Positions 37,336 to 50,269 of a DNA stretch of 64,000 nt are shown piece after piece. How positions within the stretch are numbered: position 1 is the stretch's first letter; each line of letters starts with the position of its first letter. The notes below the pieces were generated by a model. That model saw nothing but the letters and a program-made list of their open reading frames with translations. It did not search any database and was not told where the DNA came from. The translations under genes and the position numbers were made by a program. Source of the DNA: Camelus ferus (taxonomy: Eukaryota). The stretch spans positions 45,634,001 through 45,698,000 of the forward strand of contig NC_045696.1 of the NCBI RefSeq assembly GCF_009834535.1. The letters are read 5' to 3'.

Positions 37336-38669
37336 TATTATAATTACTATCCTGTAAACATGTTCAACAAAGTTTGCTTCTTACTTCATTAATACTCTTC
37401 ATGATAAACCCTCTCTAATTGAATCCAGAGTCTTAAAACTCCCAGTTTCTTCACAGAGAAATCTGTTTCAAGCATAACACTTTCCTGACAGCCATATTCA
37501 AATAATCACAGTGGATTGATGCAAACATAGAAATTGATCAAAAAATTACAGAACCACTTATCTGCAACCATTCCTCTCTTTTCCTCCATACCAAGCACAC
37601 ATAATCTTATTTATGTGCATACACACCATATACACACATACACACACAAATATATTTTACAAAGTAACAAAGAATAAAATCATCTTTGCCATTGTGGTTA
37701 ATAACAAAAGTCCTTATGGTTGATGTTTGTCTCATATTAGAACACTTCTATATTACTTGAAATTTGAAAGCTCTATTTTCTTCTACTTCTTGTGATTGGT
37801 ATAGGGAAATGGATTTTAGTATTTGGATCTCTTTTCCGTTAGGGATATTGTTATTACTTTCTTCTAAAGAATGTAGCAGATAATAGAAATACAATCATAT
37901 ATTCAGTCTAATGTTTCTAAGTATATCTTACTTAGGCCTTCTTATATTTACAAAAGCAGTCTGAATTCACTAAACGTACAACAGCATAGCAAAGGAGTTT
38001 CTAACTCAATTACCGATTAGCCAGGAATCTCAGAGATAGTGGGTGAAAATATTCACTTATTTCAGACTTCTCCTTTTACAAATAGAATCCATATTTTTAG
38101 TGTTTTTAAATGTAAACATACATTTTTAAAAAAAAGGATTGGTTGAGTTATCTATAAAGACAATTATGTCTTTGGAATAAGAAGAAAACTTCTGACTCAT
38201 TTATGAGAGTCACAACATGTATGTTGTAAGTTTATGAAGAAAAGATTTCAGTGTTTAAGGCCAAAATATTCTTTTAAATTCAGTCTTTTAAAAATATTTT
38301 TCCTCTGTCATTTTATAGTTTTGCTGTAAGATAGTCTCGTCTATAAAATTGTGTTTGAGAATGACCTACTTTGTCATCACAGAGACATAAAAATCTAATT
38401 TGTAAACCTACCATCCTGTTTCATTAGGATATGTGTTATTTCAATCTGTTAGGTTCTTAGTTGGAGGTAATTTTTAAAAGTATTCAGGACTTCATATTGT
38501 TTACTGTCTTCTATGTGCATCTCTGGGCTTGGGGTTCTGATAGAAAACACTGTTCTTTAGTAACCATTTAACTAAATTTTCATTCTTACTTCATTCTGAT
38601 TTCCATTCTCTTTGAGAACTACCATCTATTTTTACAGGTTCTAAATACTTGTTCTCCAACTTCAGTTTC

Positions 38670-40135
38670 ACCAGTATTTACAAACTATTTGTCCAACTGC
38701 TTTCTTGCCCCTCTCAATGTCCTTACTTTCTTCCTTATTCAGCTACAGATCAGTGATCCATCATGATAATCATACTTTTCAATTTACTTATCACACCCCC
38801 CAGTTCCCCCTTTGAATATACCTGAAAAAATAACACAAATTAAACCCCATATTCAACCTATTCCATGCCCATACCCCAACACATGAACACAAATGGAGAA
38901 AACAGAACCTATTGCCTAGACTCACTCTATATCCCTGAACCCAGACTGCAAGCGGGCACTTAGCAGTACCTAGCCATTATTCTACATTTCACCAGCAAAC
39001 TTGTTTTCCCAGTCTTCAAGATAAGAAGGTAATATCAAACCACCAAAAGATTGTGCTTTTTCAACCTATGAGAACAATTCGTATTCACTGAGAAGTAATT
39101 ACATAATACTACTTCATATCTCCATCGCCCAATATGCATTCATATCTTTTTCCCTTCTATTTCATATGAGCTGTCCCTATATAATACTGAATCCTTCACT
39201 TGGATACTAGATCCTATTGCCTCTCATTTGCTCAAGGACTTTATCTCCTTTCTCTTCTGCATTGTGAGTATACTCTTTCTTACGCCTATATCCTCTTCCG
39301 GTTATCACTCCAACATATTTTTCTTTGTTTCAAAGCCCTTTTTAAAAGATATTGTCTATAGACTAAGTAGTAAATCCATCTGTATCTACCATTTACTCTT
39401 CAAACTACTCTGATTTGGTTTTCTTCCTCACTTCTCCACTGAAATTACCTTAATGATCACTAATACCTCCCTATTGTCCAATCCAGTGGAAATATTTCTG
39501 TTATTGTTTTAAATTTCTGTTACAGACGACACAGTTAATGAAGTTACCCTCTCTTTGGGTTAAGACTTCATACCCTCCTAACTTTTCCTTGTGGCCCTTT
39601 AGCATTTTACTACATAAAATATGCTTACCCAAAACACTGGAGTGCTTCAGGGACTGGTTATGAACCCTGTTTTCTAGTCTAGTAATATTTTCTTCTTGGG
39701 TAATTATATTTCCATGGATTTAAACAGCACCATATACAAACTATCACTACAAAATTGATAGCTCTGTTTTGTTCCCCTCAGCACAACACTAATACATTCA
39801 TTTGTCTACTTGACCTTTCCATTGTGATTTATAATAGGTATTGTTGGCTCTTGCTTATCTTCAAGACTCATTGTAAATGTTAACTTCTAAGAGAAGTCAT
39901 TCTATCTAAAATTCTTCCTATCCTATCACACTACTTTATTTACTAAAAAGTGCTTATCACAGTTTGAAATAAGCTTATTTATTTATTGTTTTATTTATTT
40001 GCTTATTATCCTGTTCCCTTAATAGAATACAGCCCTCTCTGGCAAGGTTTTTGTCCATTATGTTTGTTTCTGTATCCTTTGCACCTAAAAGAGTACTTAA
40101 CATACAGAGGAAACTAAGAAATACTTGCTCAAGGA
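38670..40135 (+). mobile_element. L2 LINE, long degraded fragment
   Basis: Pyrimidine-rich L2 ORF-like text (ccactgaaatt...gatcactaata..ctcc...aatccagtgga) ending in an L2 tail (tgtatcctttgcaccta...aaatacttg). Confidence 0.6.
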
Positions 40136-40381
40136 CACTTAGATAATACTTTCATGACTTGAATTCTAGTATTCATCAATTCATCAATTCTAGTGAGACT
40201 TCCATTGATTCATTAAACTGGAACATTTATAGAGATTTGAAAGAACCTAAGGTTACAACTCACCTGTATGCATAACAATGCAGCATCTATCAGTATATGC
40301 CATTGGTTTCTAACTCCTGTCCTTCCACATATAATGTGGTCACATGCATTATTTTTAGGCAAAGTATAGGTGATTTTCACA

Positions 40382-40818
40382 TTTTTTTTAAAATTGAAGT
40401 ATAGTCAGTTACAATGTGTCAATTTCTGGTGTACAGTACAATGTCCCAGTCATGCATATATATATACACATACATATACATATATTGGTTTTCATATTCT
40501 TTTTCATTAAAGGTTATTACAAGATATTGAATATAGTTCCCTGTGCTATACAGAAAAAAATCTATTTTTTAAATTTACTTTTATATATAGTGGCTAACAT
40601 TTGCAAATCTCAAACTCCCAACTTTACCCCTTCCCACCCACTTGCCCTCCGTAACCATAAGATTGTTTACTATGTCTGCAAGTCTGTTTCTGTCTTGTAG
40701 ATGAGTTCATTAGTGTCCTCTTTTTTTCTTTTTTTAGATTCAACATATGAGCGATCTCATATGGTATTTTTCTTTCTCTTTCTGGCTTACTTCACTTAGA
40801 ATGATGATCATTAGGTCC
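40382..40818 (-). mobile_element. 5'-truncated lineage-specific LINE-1 3' end
   Basis: ttgaagtatagtcagttacaatgtgtc...atagttccctgtgctataca...ctggcttacttcacttagaatga. Possible short TSD tcacatt. Confidence 0.9.
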
Positions 40819-42914
40819 TCACATTGTTTCTAAATATTTATTTAGGCTACACTGTTTTAATTTATTTGCATGACTAATTATATTTTGTTAGTTTTTAGCC
40901 TCTATTTTTACAGTGAATAATTTGTTTTCACTTATATGCTTCAATCTAAGAGTATGAATGGGATTGGATTGTCTATCAGTCAACGTTACTGAGGTAAAAA
41001 ATAGCTTCTGCAAACACTTTAAAGACCATACATGAAGGATGCATGACAAATAAGTTAATAGGAATTTGCTGTCAAATTCATTGCTATTCAGTAGAAATTA
41101 TGAACTAAACAAATGTTGCCAAACTTATTCCCACAAAAAATATGGTTTGCAGTAATGCAGAAATACACTTTTCTATTTAAAGTATTTGGCTTTATGTTAC
41201 AAATTTAAAAGATGATGCAATGCCATCAAAGATCCTAAAACATTGTTTTCTATTTAAATGCTGGGTATTTTATTGCTCTTTTCAACTTTATAAACTGTAT
41301 GTTCCAGGTAAAATTGATGACTTTGCTATCAGTGGTGAGTTTGAACAAAATTAAACCCAGTCTAAGCAAATGTGCCCATTATATAGGAAATAACAACTAA
41401 TTCTCCTGTGCTGACCAGAGAGTAGAATTTGAGGTTTGGGGGCTTTGTTTTTTGGTTTTATTTCTTTTTTTTTTTTTTCATTCACTGGCAGCATGTTTGG
41501 CATCTCACAAACTTCGTGGTAAATAATCACAGTCTAAAAATTATGTGTTTATTACTTCCTAGAAGAAAATAAAGGAATATCCGAAGTATGAGATTAAGAA
41601 ACTATCAGTTCATTTGCTGTTTATTTCAAATTTCATATTCATTTTTGTAAATTCTGACTTCATGAATAGGGTCTTTAATGTTCTATATTATTAATCCCAT
41701 ATTTCCAAATTTGTATTAGCTTATCAAAAAATCTGTGAAACTATGAAGTATGTTGGCAATCAATCTTAAAACATTTAAAAAAAAATCACGGAACAAACTC
41801 ATTGAGTTTTGAAAAAAAAAGTTTGGAACATAAATGGAATAGAATATAATCTAGCTTCAATTTTTTGTTCATATTTATGCCATGAGCAGTAAAATTTCAC
41901 TTTATTTCATTGATGTCTCCATTCACATGGGTCAAAATGGGCAGAAAATGTAATGCCTTGTACCAAACTCCATTCTACGGAAATAAGGCATAAGTGTGGT
42001 TTCTGTATATAATAGAATAGTTTCTGACATGAAGTTATCAAGGAAATAAATTGTACCACACAGCTAACCTTGTAATCTGACCTCTACTTATCTATTATTT
42101 TTGTCTTTCTCTGTTTTCCCACTCAATGCCTTAATCTCATTGAAATAATTTTTGTACCTGAACCTCTTGTTCCTCTCTCTGCCTTCCACAAGCTATTACT
42201 TCTACCTGACCCACCTCACTCTCGACACAGCCCCAACCTTCCCTGCAACCCACCTTTTCCTAGCTCAGTTACCCTTCCTTTTCCAGCTCATATGTTGTTC
42301 GCTTCTCTCTCCCACCACTGTTCAGTCTGGGTCAGGCACCCCTCAAGATACCTCCATACCAACCCAGACATCTCTCTCTCATGGCACTGATACACATTAT
42401 TTTAATCTTCTTCTAGTTACTGTTTCTGTTTCTCTGGACAAGAAGGCAAAGAAAGTGTTCTATGCATTTTTATTCTGAGCTCAAAACTGTTATTTAACTG
42501 CCGAATGCATGGTGATAAACACACAACAAACGATTACTTACTGAATAAGCTCCCATGCATAGATGACAGCACAAGTGGTGACTAGGTAAAGGAGAGGAAC
42601 AGACAATTCACCTAAGGGGAAATACAACTAATTGAACATATCTTGTTTACTATACAAACCGAAGAAGTAGAAATTAAGACAAATTTGTCTTCAGTCACTC
42701 ATTCAAAGAAAAATTATATTAATAGCATTATTCAATGAGAGGAATTATGAGATGAAAATGGTATAGTCATATATTGCTAGTAGAAATGTAAATGAGAAAT
42801 TGTTTTTGCAAAAGTTATAGTAATCAACACCAAGAACCATACAAATATTCATGACTGTTTGACCCATTTTGGGAATTTATTCTCAACAAAGGAGCCAAAG
42901 AAAGGAAAAACTTT

Positions 42915-43810
42915 CATCTTCAACTCAAGGTTCAACCCTGAGCTCCAGATACATTTACCCAGATGCCAATTAGACAGCTCTACTAGGGCATTTGGGAGCT
43001 CTCAAACTCAGTATGATTGAAATTAAACACATTAAACTTGGTTTCTGGTTATTAGCCAGAGGATTTTCTTTCTTAGTTAACAGAACCACCAGCCACTCAA
43101 TTTTACAAAGAGAAAACTGGGAACATGGAATCCCTTCTCACTATTTAATTGGCTCATCCAATTTAACACAAAGCTTTCTTCACTTTACCAACTCCATTTG
43201 CTTCTTTCCATCTTCTAGTCTATTGCCTTACTCCAGAAGTCCCTCACTTGAATTGCTTCAATTGCATTCACTCTTGGCCAGTCAGTTTTACATAGTACAA
43301 ACCTAAAGATCCTTCTAAAATACAAATCTTGCCAAGTCACACTCTTGCATAAATCTTTCCAGTGTTTTCTTACAGTTATTGTGTTCTTCTTCTTAACTTG
43401 GCTTAAAAGGCAAACTTGTTCACTACAGGGCTCTCTTTTACTTCTCATGCTATGTGCTAACCAGGTTCTCTAGTTCTTCTGGGCCTTTACATTTGATTTA
43501 CTTCCTCTGCATGGAAATATTCTCCCCATCCCATTCTTCCTTCACCTGGCTGATTTCTACTTAAATATTATGTTTTGGCTTAGGTATTACTTCCTCTGTG
43601 AAACCTTAGCAAAGAGTGTTCTTTAGCATCATATTTTTTCTTCTTACAGCATTTGTCACAATTAACACATTTGTTAATTAATAATAAACTAATTTCTCAG
43701 CTTATTAGAATCCAGGAAGACTGGTATCATTTCTACCTTGCCTGCCAATGTATTCTTAATGCCAAGTACACTAAGAACATAAGAAATATTTTTTGAATAA
43801 ATGAATAATG
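42915..43810 (+). mobile_element. L2 LINE fragment
   Basis: ctgagctccaga...ctcaaactcagtatg...tail ttttgaataaatgaat. Confidence 0.65.
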
Positions 43811-43879
43811 CAGTCATCAAAAATCAGTTTTAAAAAAGAGAGAGAAAATTAACAACAAAAAAAGAAATCACAATCAATG

Positions 43880-44490
43880 ATGGAAATGATACTGATAAGT
43901 GAATACTTATGTATTTTTGATGGAAATGTGAATTGTTACAATCTTTCAGATTAAGAAACCTAGCAACATGTACTAAAATTAAAAAAAAAACAAACATATC
44001 CACTTTCCTTGGAGCAGTAATTCTGGAGGTTTCAGAAATCTATCATGCAAACATAAAAGCTTCAGTATTTAAATACCTATGCACAAAGCATTTCTAAAAG
44101 CATTGTTTGTAGTGGCCAATAAAATAGAAAATAAAAACAGTAACAAGTAAAAATACTAGTTCTTGCAACACATGTATGCTCATCATTAAGAGAAAAATTG
44201 AACTAACGTTGTACAAATAATACAGCATTAAACAACTGTCACAAACAAGAAAATACATCTACATTACTGACTTAGAGGAATATTCCAAGATACATTGTTA
44301 AGTGAATAAATCAAATTCATATGAGAAAAACAGGAATGAAATAAAAAGCCCTATAAATAAACATACATATACACATGCATAAAGTTATAAAAGAATCCAC
44401 AAAATATTATCATTAGTTACCATAAAAAATAGAATACAACTAATTTTCCTCATAAATCTTCATATCATTTCAATTATTATAATAACCTAA
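43880..44490 (+). mobile_element. Old LINE-1 (L1ME-like) 3' fragment
   Basis: gatggaaatgtgaattg..acaatcttt...gcattgtttgtagtggc...tccaagatacattgttaagtgaa. Confidence 0.55.
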
Positions 44491-45365
44491 TGGAGGGGGA
44501 TATATGCGTATGAATAAAGTAAAAGTTACTGAAAAATGAAAATGGTGACTATTCTTTTACAAGTATCTTGAAGTGTCATGCATTTTTACAATACGTATCT
44601 TAAAAGTTGGGAACATAAACAAAAGAGTGATGTCTTACATTTTTCTTTAAGTTTGTCAAAACCGGATCTCTAAATTTCTTTGGTCGTGTGTTTATCAAAA
44701 TCTCATTTCCATATTGCTGCATAAAGCCATCTGACCCAAATCTCAGTCCACCTAAATCTTTCCATTGACTCTTTGGAACTCCCTCTACTTTGGCCTGACT
44801 GCCTGGTCCTGAGCACTTTCCTCCCCTCAAATCTTTTTTAATTACAGGCATTTATTCTCCCAAACATTTCATACCTCAAGGTACAGAGTTGAGGCCCACA
44901 GTTTTCCCCACTACTGCTTCTACAATTTACTTCTCCTTATTCTTATAAAAGAAGCAACCAAAAAACAAAAAATAAAGAAAAAAGAGAAAGAGAGGGACAG
45001 AGAGAGAGAGAGACCACTGTTATGCCAACAACTCTAGCCCTAACCATACTTCACTACTAAGATGAATACACAGTTACCTACCTCTATCATTTTTCTATTT
45101 CATCAACATGTCCCAAACTCCCAAACTGAAATACTGGTCTTCTTTTCAACTCTGACTTCTGTCTCTTTCTATCAGTAAATGACACTTGCATCTACACAGT
45201 TTTTTATGCCAAAACAGAGGGAATCATCATTTACAACTTCCTCTCTCATCCCTCATATGTAATTTAAAATTATCTGCAAAAAGTATTATACATCCAACCT
45301 ATTATAATAATCCCTTAGATTATATTCTTCACTCACGGTTGTATATATTTTTTGCAATATAATAT

Positions 45366-45739
45366 TGTAGTAACTCCTGTTAGAGTAGCCAGACTTTATT
45401 TCCCTTCCCAAAGTTTTGCTTGGTCATGGGATCTGCTTTAGCTAATGGAATGTAGGCAGATATAATATATGCCTTATCTGAAAGAAAGTTTAATATACTT
45501 ACATAACTTGCCTTAGCCTTTTGTACTTCTGCCCATCTGCCTTGAAAACAACATACCTGGGGAAGCTGCTGGTCCCACAAGAAAGAGGAGATACACAGAA
45601 CAAACTTGCACCCAAGGCTTGAGGTGAGCCCTTGAGCCTTCAGTCTACCTGCAAAACCATGAGTGATAAAAATAAATTACTGTGATTTTTGAGATCATTG
45701 TTACATGACATTACTGCAGCAAAAAGCTCATCTAATACA
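45366..45739 (+). mobile_element. MaLR solo LTR (MLT1I/J-like) inserted in L2-like sequence
   Basis: ttggtcatg..atctgctttagctaatggaatgtaggcaga...catgagtgataaaaataaa...gcaaaaagct..ctaataca. Confidence 0.7.
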
Positions 45740-47194
45740 CCACCCTAGTCCAATGCTCTTTCCCTCTTCTGGACTAATGCATGAGCCACTTACCTGGTTT
45801 TCAAGAAATTCTCTGCAGTGATCTCCATAGAGCAGCCAGAGTGGGTGTTTTACAGATACAGATTCAATCAGTCCACAACCCTTCTAGGAACCATTTAATG
45901 GTTTCCTATTGTACTAGAATATAGCTGTAAAGGTACTGATGATCTGTTAACAGGAATACATTTTGGAAGTGCTAGATCATTTTAGAAAAGAAGCATTTCT
46001 TTCACTCACTCAGTTTCAACTACAGGATTCACGTTTGTTTTGCTTCCTTAATTATGCAGAGCTCTTCACGTGTTAGGTCTCCAGTGAGAGCTGAAGGTCT
46101 GCTAGGATCTTTGTCTCTTGTCCCTATTTGTCTGGCTCACACTTAATTATTTACTAGGATTCAGTTCCACTTCCATCTCAGATACTAATTTTGTCCCTTA
46201 AGATTGTTTTCCTTCACTTGCCACTATTTGCAATTACATAAAAATGTTTATTCATATGTCTGCTTTATTTTTCTTCCAAAAGATTAAAAGCTTCATAGAG
46301 GTAGAGCCTTTCTTTTGTAGAGTATTATGCAAATTAATACTTTTTGTACTAAAATTTAAATAAAATTTAAATAATATCTGAAAGATGAACTTGAATGACT
46401 TTTTCTCTAGTGGTTACAGTAAGAAATGGAATGGTTGGCAAAATATTTATCAGGGAAGAAAACAAGAGACATTTAATGTGTTAAAATACTTAAATATAAA
46501 TAAAATATATATATCATCTTAATATGAATAACTGGAAATTAAATGGAAAATGCATCCAGTGATTTTAACACAACTTGAAAATGTAAAAGTAATAGTGGTC
46601 ATTTAATATAGTCAAGAAAGGGAGTAAGGCTTGAGTAAATGAATCTGCTTTATATGATTCTATGATTTCTTATCCTTGAAGTGGTGCTCTCTAGTCACAC
46701 ACTTTCTAGGGAAGCTAGCAATGGAAATTCACAAGTCATGATTTATTTGAAAGTTATCTGGAAGTCCTTCACAATGGAAAAAAAAACAGCAGAGGAAATA
46801 CTCAGACGTTATGATTAAGTGCCTGACAATTCTTAGGGCAGGTAAATATATTATTGATCTACCTGTGGTCATGTTGTTGGTTCAAATCTAGACCATCCTA
46901 TCTAAAAACTATTACTCTTTCTCTTTTATCTGCTCAGAGCACATAGGGATGTTACTTAACCCATTTCTAGACTGCAGGTAACTACATTGCAATCTTCGCT
47001 CTCAAGAGAACAATTTATTGCAGAAATTATGACCATTAGGGTAAGTTACCTAAGGTCTATACCTTTACATAGATGGTAAAATACGGTGGAAAGCACTGAA
47101 GTAGGAACTGGAAGAAATTTGATTCTCTTATCTCCTATTTCCTCTGCCACTCCACATCAGTAAGGAAGTCCCTTTACTTTTTCAAGACTCAGAT

Positions 47195-47300
47195 TGAGAG
47201 AGAGAGAGAAAGGGAGAGAGAAAGAAAGAGAAAAAGTAAGGGAGAGAAAGGGAGGGAGGGAGGGAGGAAAGGAAGGAAGGAAGAAAGGGAGGAAGAAAAA
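47195..47300. repeat. Polypurine (GA/GGGA/GGAA) low-complexity tract
   Basis: Directly visible; sits inside a MIR-like remnant. Confidence 0.85.
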
Positions 47301-47849
47301 ATTTTTCTTTACTTGTTATTCTTTATTTAAAAAGGTAAATAAAAGAGATAATACATGTAAAAGCACTTTGTGAAACTTAAAGACTACTGTTATAATGGAG
47401 TACATTATTATATGCTTAATTACTCTGACTTGGCCAAGTTGCTGCCCAGACATGTTAATAGAATTTAGACAACTAAAAATATGTATTTGGGGAATCAATA
47501 TTTTCAGAATCTGCATAACTGTCATATGGTGGGCTGACATTTGAGCTATTTTAATAAGAGATTTAAGAGTAAATTACTACTGTTTTATGTGCATTTTTAA
47601 AAAATTAATACATTCACAAATTTCAAACATAAAAACTACATAAAGGATACATTTTTGAGAAGGCCTGTTCCCACCTCAGGGAGCACCTAGCCTTTTCCTC
47701 ATCACCATCCTCTTCCATAGGTAGCCTCTTTTATTAGTTTCTGTTATAAATTCCCAGGCCTTCTTTATGTAAACACAAGCAAATATGAATATAAATTTCT
47801 CTTGTTCCACCTAAGTTAGCGAACCTGCATTGTTTTTTTTTTTTAAGAA

Positions 47850-48435
47850 TTTTAGTTGGATTTTACTTTTAGAACAATTTTAGATTTATGGAAAAATTGT
47901 GAAATAACAGAGAAATTTTCCATATACCCCAAACCCAGTTTCCCCTATTATTACCACCTTACATCACTGTAGCACATTTGTTACAATCAAGGAGCCAATA
48001 ATAATCCATTATGATTAACTAAAGTCTGTATATTTTTAGTATTTCCTTGGGTTTTACTTACTGCCCTTTTTCTGTTTCAGAATCCCATCCAGGATATCAT
48101 ACTATATTTAGTTGTCATGTCTCCTCAGGCTCCCCTTGGCCATGACAGTTTCTCCTGCTTTCCTTGTTTTTGATGACCTTGGCAGTTCTGAGGAGTGCTA
48201 GTGAGCATTTTGAAGGATGTCCTTCATTTTGGGTTTGTCTACTATGATTCTAATGATTAGACTAGTCTTGGGGAGGAAAACCACAGAGGGAAGCTGCCAT
48301 TCTCATCACGTCACATCAGAGACACAGGCTGTCGACCTGACTTATCACTGATGATGGGAAGCTTCCTGCATGGCTGTAGCGATGACTGCTCCATTTCCAC
48401 ACTGTGAAGTTACTCTTTTAGTCCCTTTTCATATC
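47850..48435 (-). mobile_element. LINE-1 3' UTR (L1MB/MC-like)
   Basis: ttttagattta.ggaaaaattg...cccagtttcccctatta..accttacat...atcccatccaggata...ttccttgtttttgatgacctt. Confidence 0.75.
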
Positions 48436-49221
48436 GTCTGTAACTTTTGCTCTTTGAAATTTGCTGCTATAGTATTTGTACACATATATTCCAAGTATTA
48501 GACCCTACTGGATCCTGTACCTTGGCATTACAATGTTTTTTGGCCTAGATTCTACATTTCCTGAGATTAAGATGACTCCCTGTTATTTTCTTTAACTTAT
48601 ATTTGACTGACCTACCTAGACCATTTTTTATATTTAACCATTCCAAATCAATTTGTTGTAGATGTATTACTTTTCTAAAGCAAAGAGTTGCAACTCATGC
48701 TAAAAATCTTTTCCTTTTTAATAGTTAAACCCATTATATTTATTGAAGAAGACATGACCATCTTTCAGAATCTTATATAACAGCTAGCATGCAAAATGAC
48801 ATGTATTGCATAATATATATGAGCATTATATAATTTACATACATGTGAATGTGTATGTAAACATGTATAAATTACATATATGTATATATGTATGTGTGTG
48901 CATGCATGTCTGTATGATTTGTTTTCTATGCCTCTTTTTGTAGTTCCTCTGAAATTTTGGAGGTCTTGTATTTTTGTTCTACTGGTTAATGTTACACTTA
49001 CCCTGTGATAATAATACCCTTAGACCTTCCTCCTTTAGATAACAAACATGTTATCTTTTATGAAAACCAATAAAATTAGCTCCAATCCTCATCCCACCCA
49101 TCCTTTCCTGCTCCTTTGTCATACAATTATCTTTTTACTGAATGATTACTTTTGTTCTCTTTAATGTGCTAACACTTTCACTACTAGACTAGGCAATTTA
49201 AATGATATTCTTTGGAGACTT

Positions 49222-49359
49222 GGGAGAGTATAGCTCAGTGGTAGAGCACATGCTTAGCATGCACGAGGTCCTGGGTTCAATCCCCAGTACCTCCATTTAA
49301 AAAATTAATAAACAAGTAAATAAACCTAATTACCTCCTCCCCCCAAAAAAGAAAAAAGG
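49222..49359 (+). mobile_element. tRNA-Ala(AGC)-derived SINE (camelid Vic-1 type), full length
   Basis: gggagagtatagctcagtggtagagcacatgcttagcatgcacgaggtcctgggttcaatccccagtacctcca (A and B boxes, AGC anticodon loop) plus tail. 16-bp TSD taaatgatattctttg (49199-49214) / taaatgacattctttg (49360-49375). Confidence 0.92.
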
Positions 49360-50269
49360 TAAATGACATTCTTTGAACCCTATCCTCACAGGTGAGTTAT
49401 CAGTAAGCTTGTTCTACTTCCCTTTCTCCCAGTTTTCATTATTGCATCATTTATATGTCTGAGAGCATTTAAAATTTACGTTTCACTTTTTATCCTTATC
49501 TTCACTGTATTTTTGGCTTAGATTTACAATTAAATCTCTTCAATGCTTATTGCTGTTCTTTTGCTAAAACATCCTTGATTTGCTGGAGCACTCAAGGACT
49601 TTTCTCAAGGAGGGCTTAGGAAAAAATATTCTCAGAGTTCTTACATAAAAATTCAGCATTTGTAGACTTTATGTTCAGAGAACAACTTGCTTGTATATAA
49701 AATCTCTGGCTCATATGTTCTGAGAATCCTGTAGTACATACTATTTATGTTAAAAGAGATAATTGAGTCGAATATTTATCAAAAATAAATTTCACAAGCA
49801 TTTTTGCTACTATTTGTCAAATACTGTTAGGTGCCAAGATTTAAAAAACAAAACAAAACAAAGCTACCTTTGCAGACAATATAGTCTAAGAATGGAGACA
49901 GTATGCCAACAAATAATTAAAATAAGATCCAAGAAAAACTAATAGTAACCAAAAACATAAAATGTTGGGGGAGCACATTTAAAGCTCAGATAAAGGAACA
50001 GATATTAGTACAAATAAAGGTATATTTATTCTGTTTGAGTGAATGTGCTTTAATCAATAGTAATATACAGTGCTTTAATTACAAATAGCTATTTAATATA
50101 TATGAATCCACTAACCTAAAAAGCTAGTCCAAAGGATGCAGTAGAAAATAACTTTATTCCCCCTCTCCCCATTTTGTGCCCTTTCAAACCAGCTCTGGGG
50201 AACACATTCTTCCTTTCCTCTCCGTGAGCTCTCTGACTCATCCCATGATTGTTCCAACAGCTCACAATA

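Noticed and set aside
49222..49295. Functional tRNA-Ala(AGC) gene
   Set aside because: Acceptor and anticodon stems have mismatches, it has a SINE tail rather than a clean terminator, and a 16-bp TSD flanks it.
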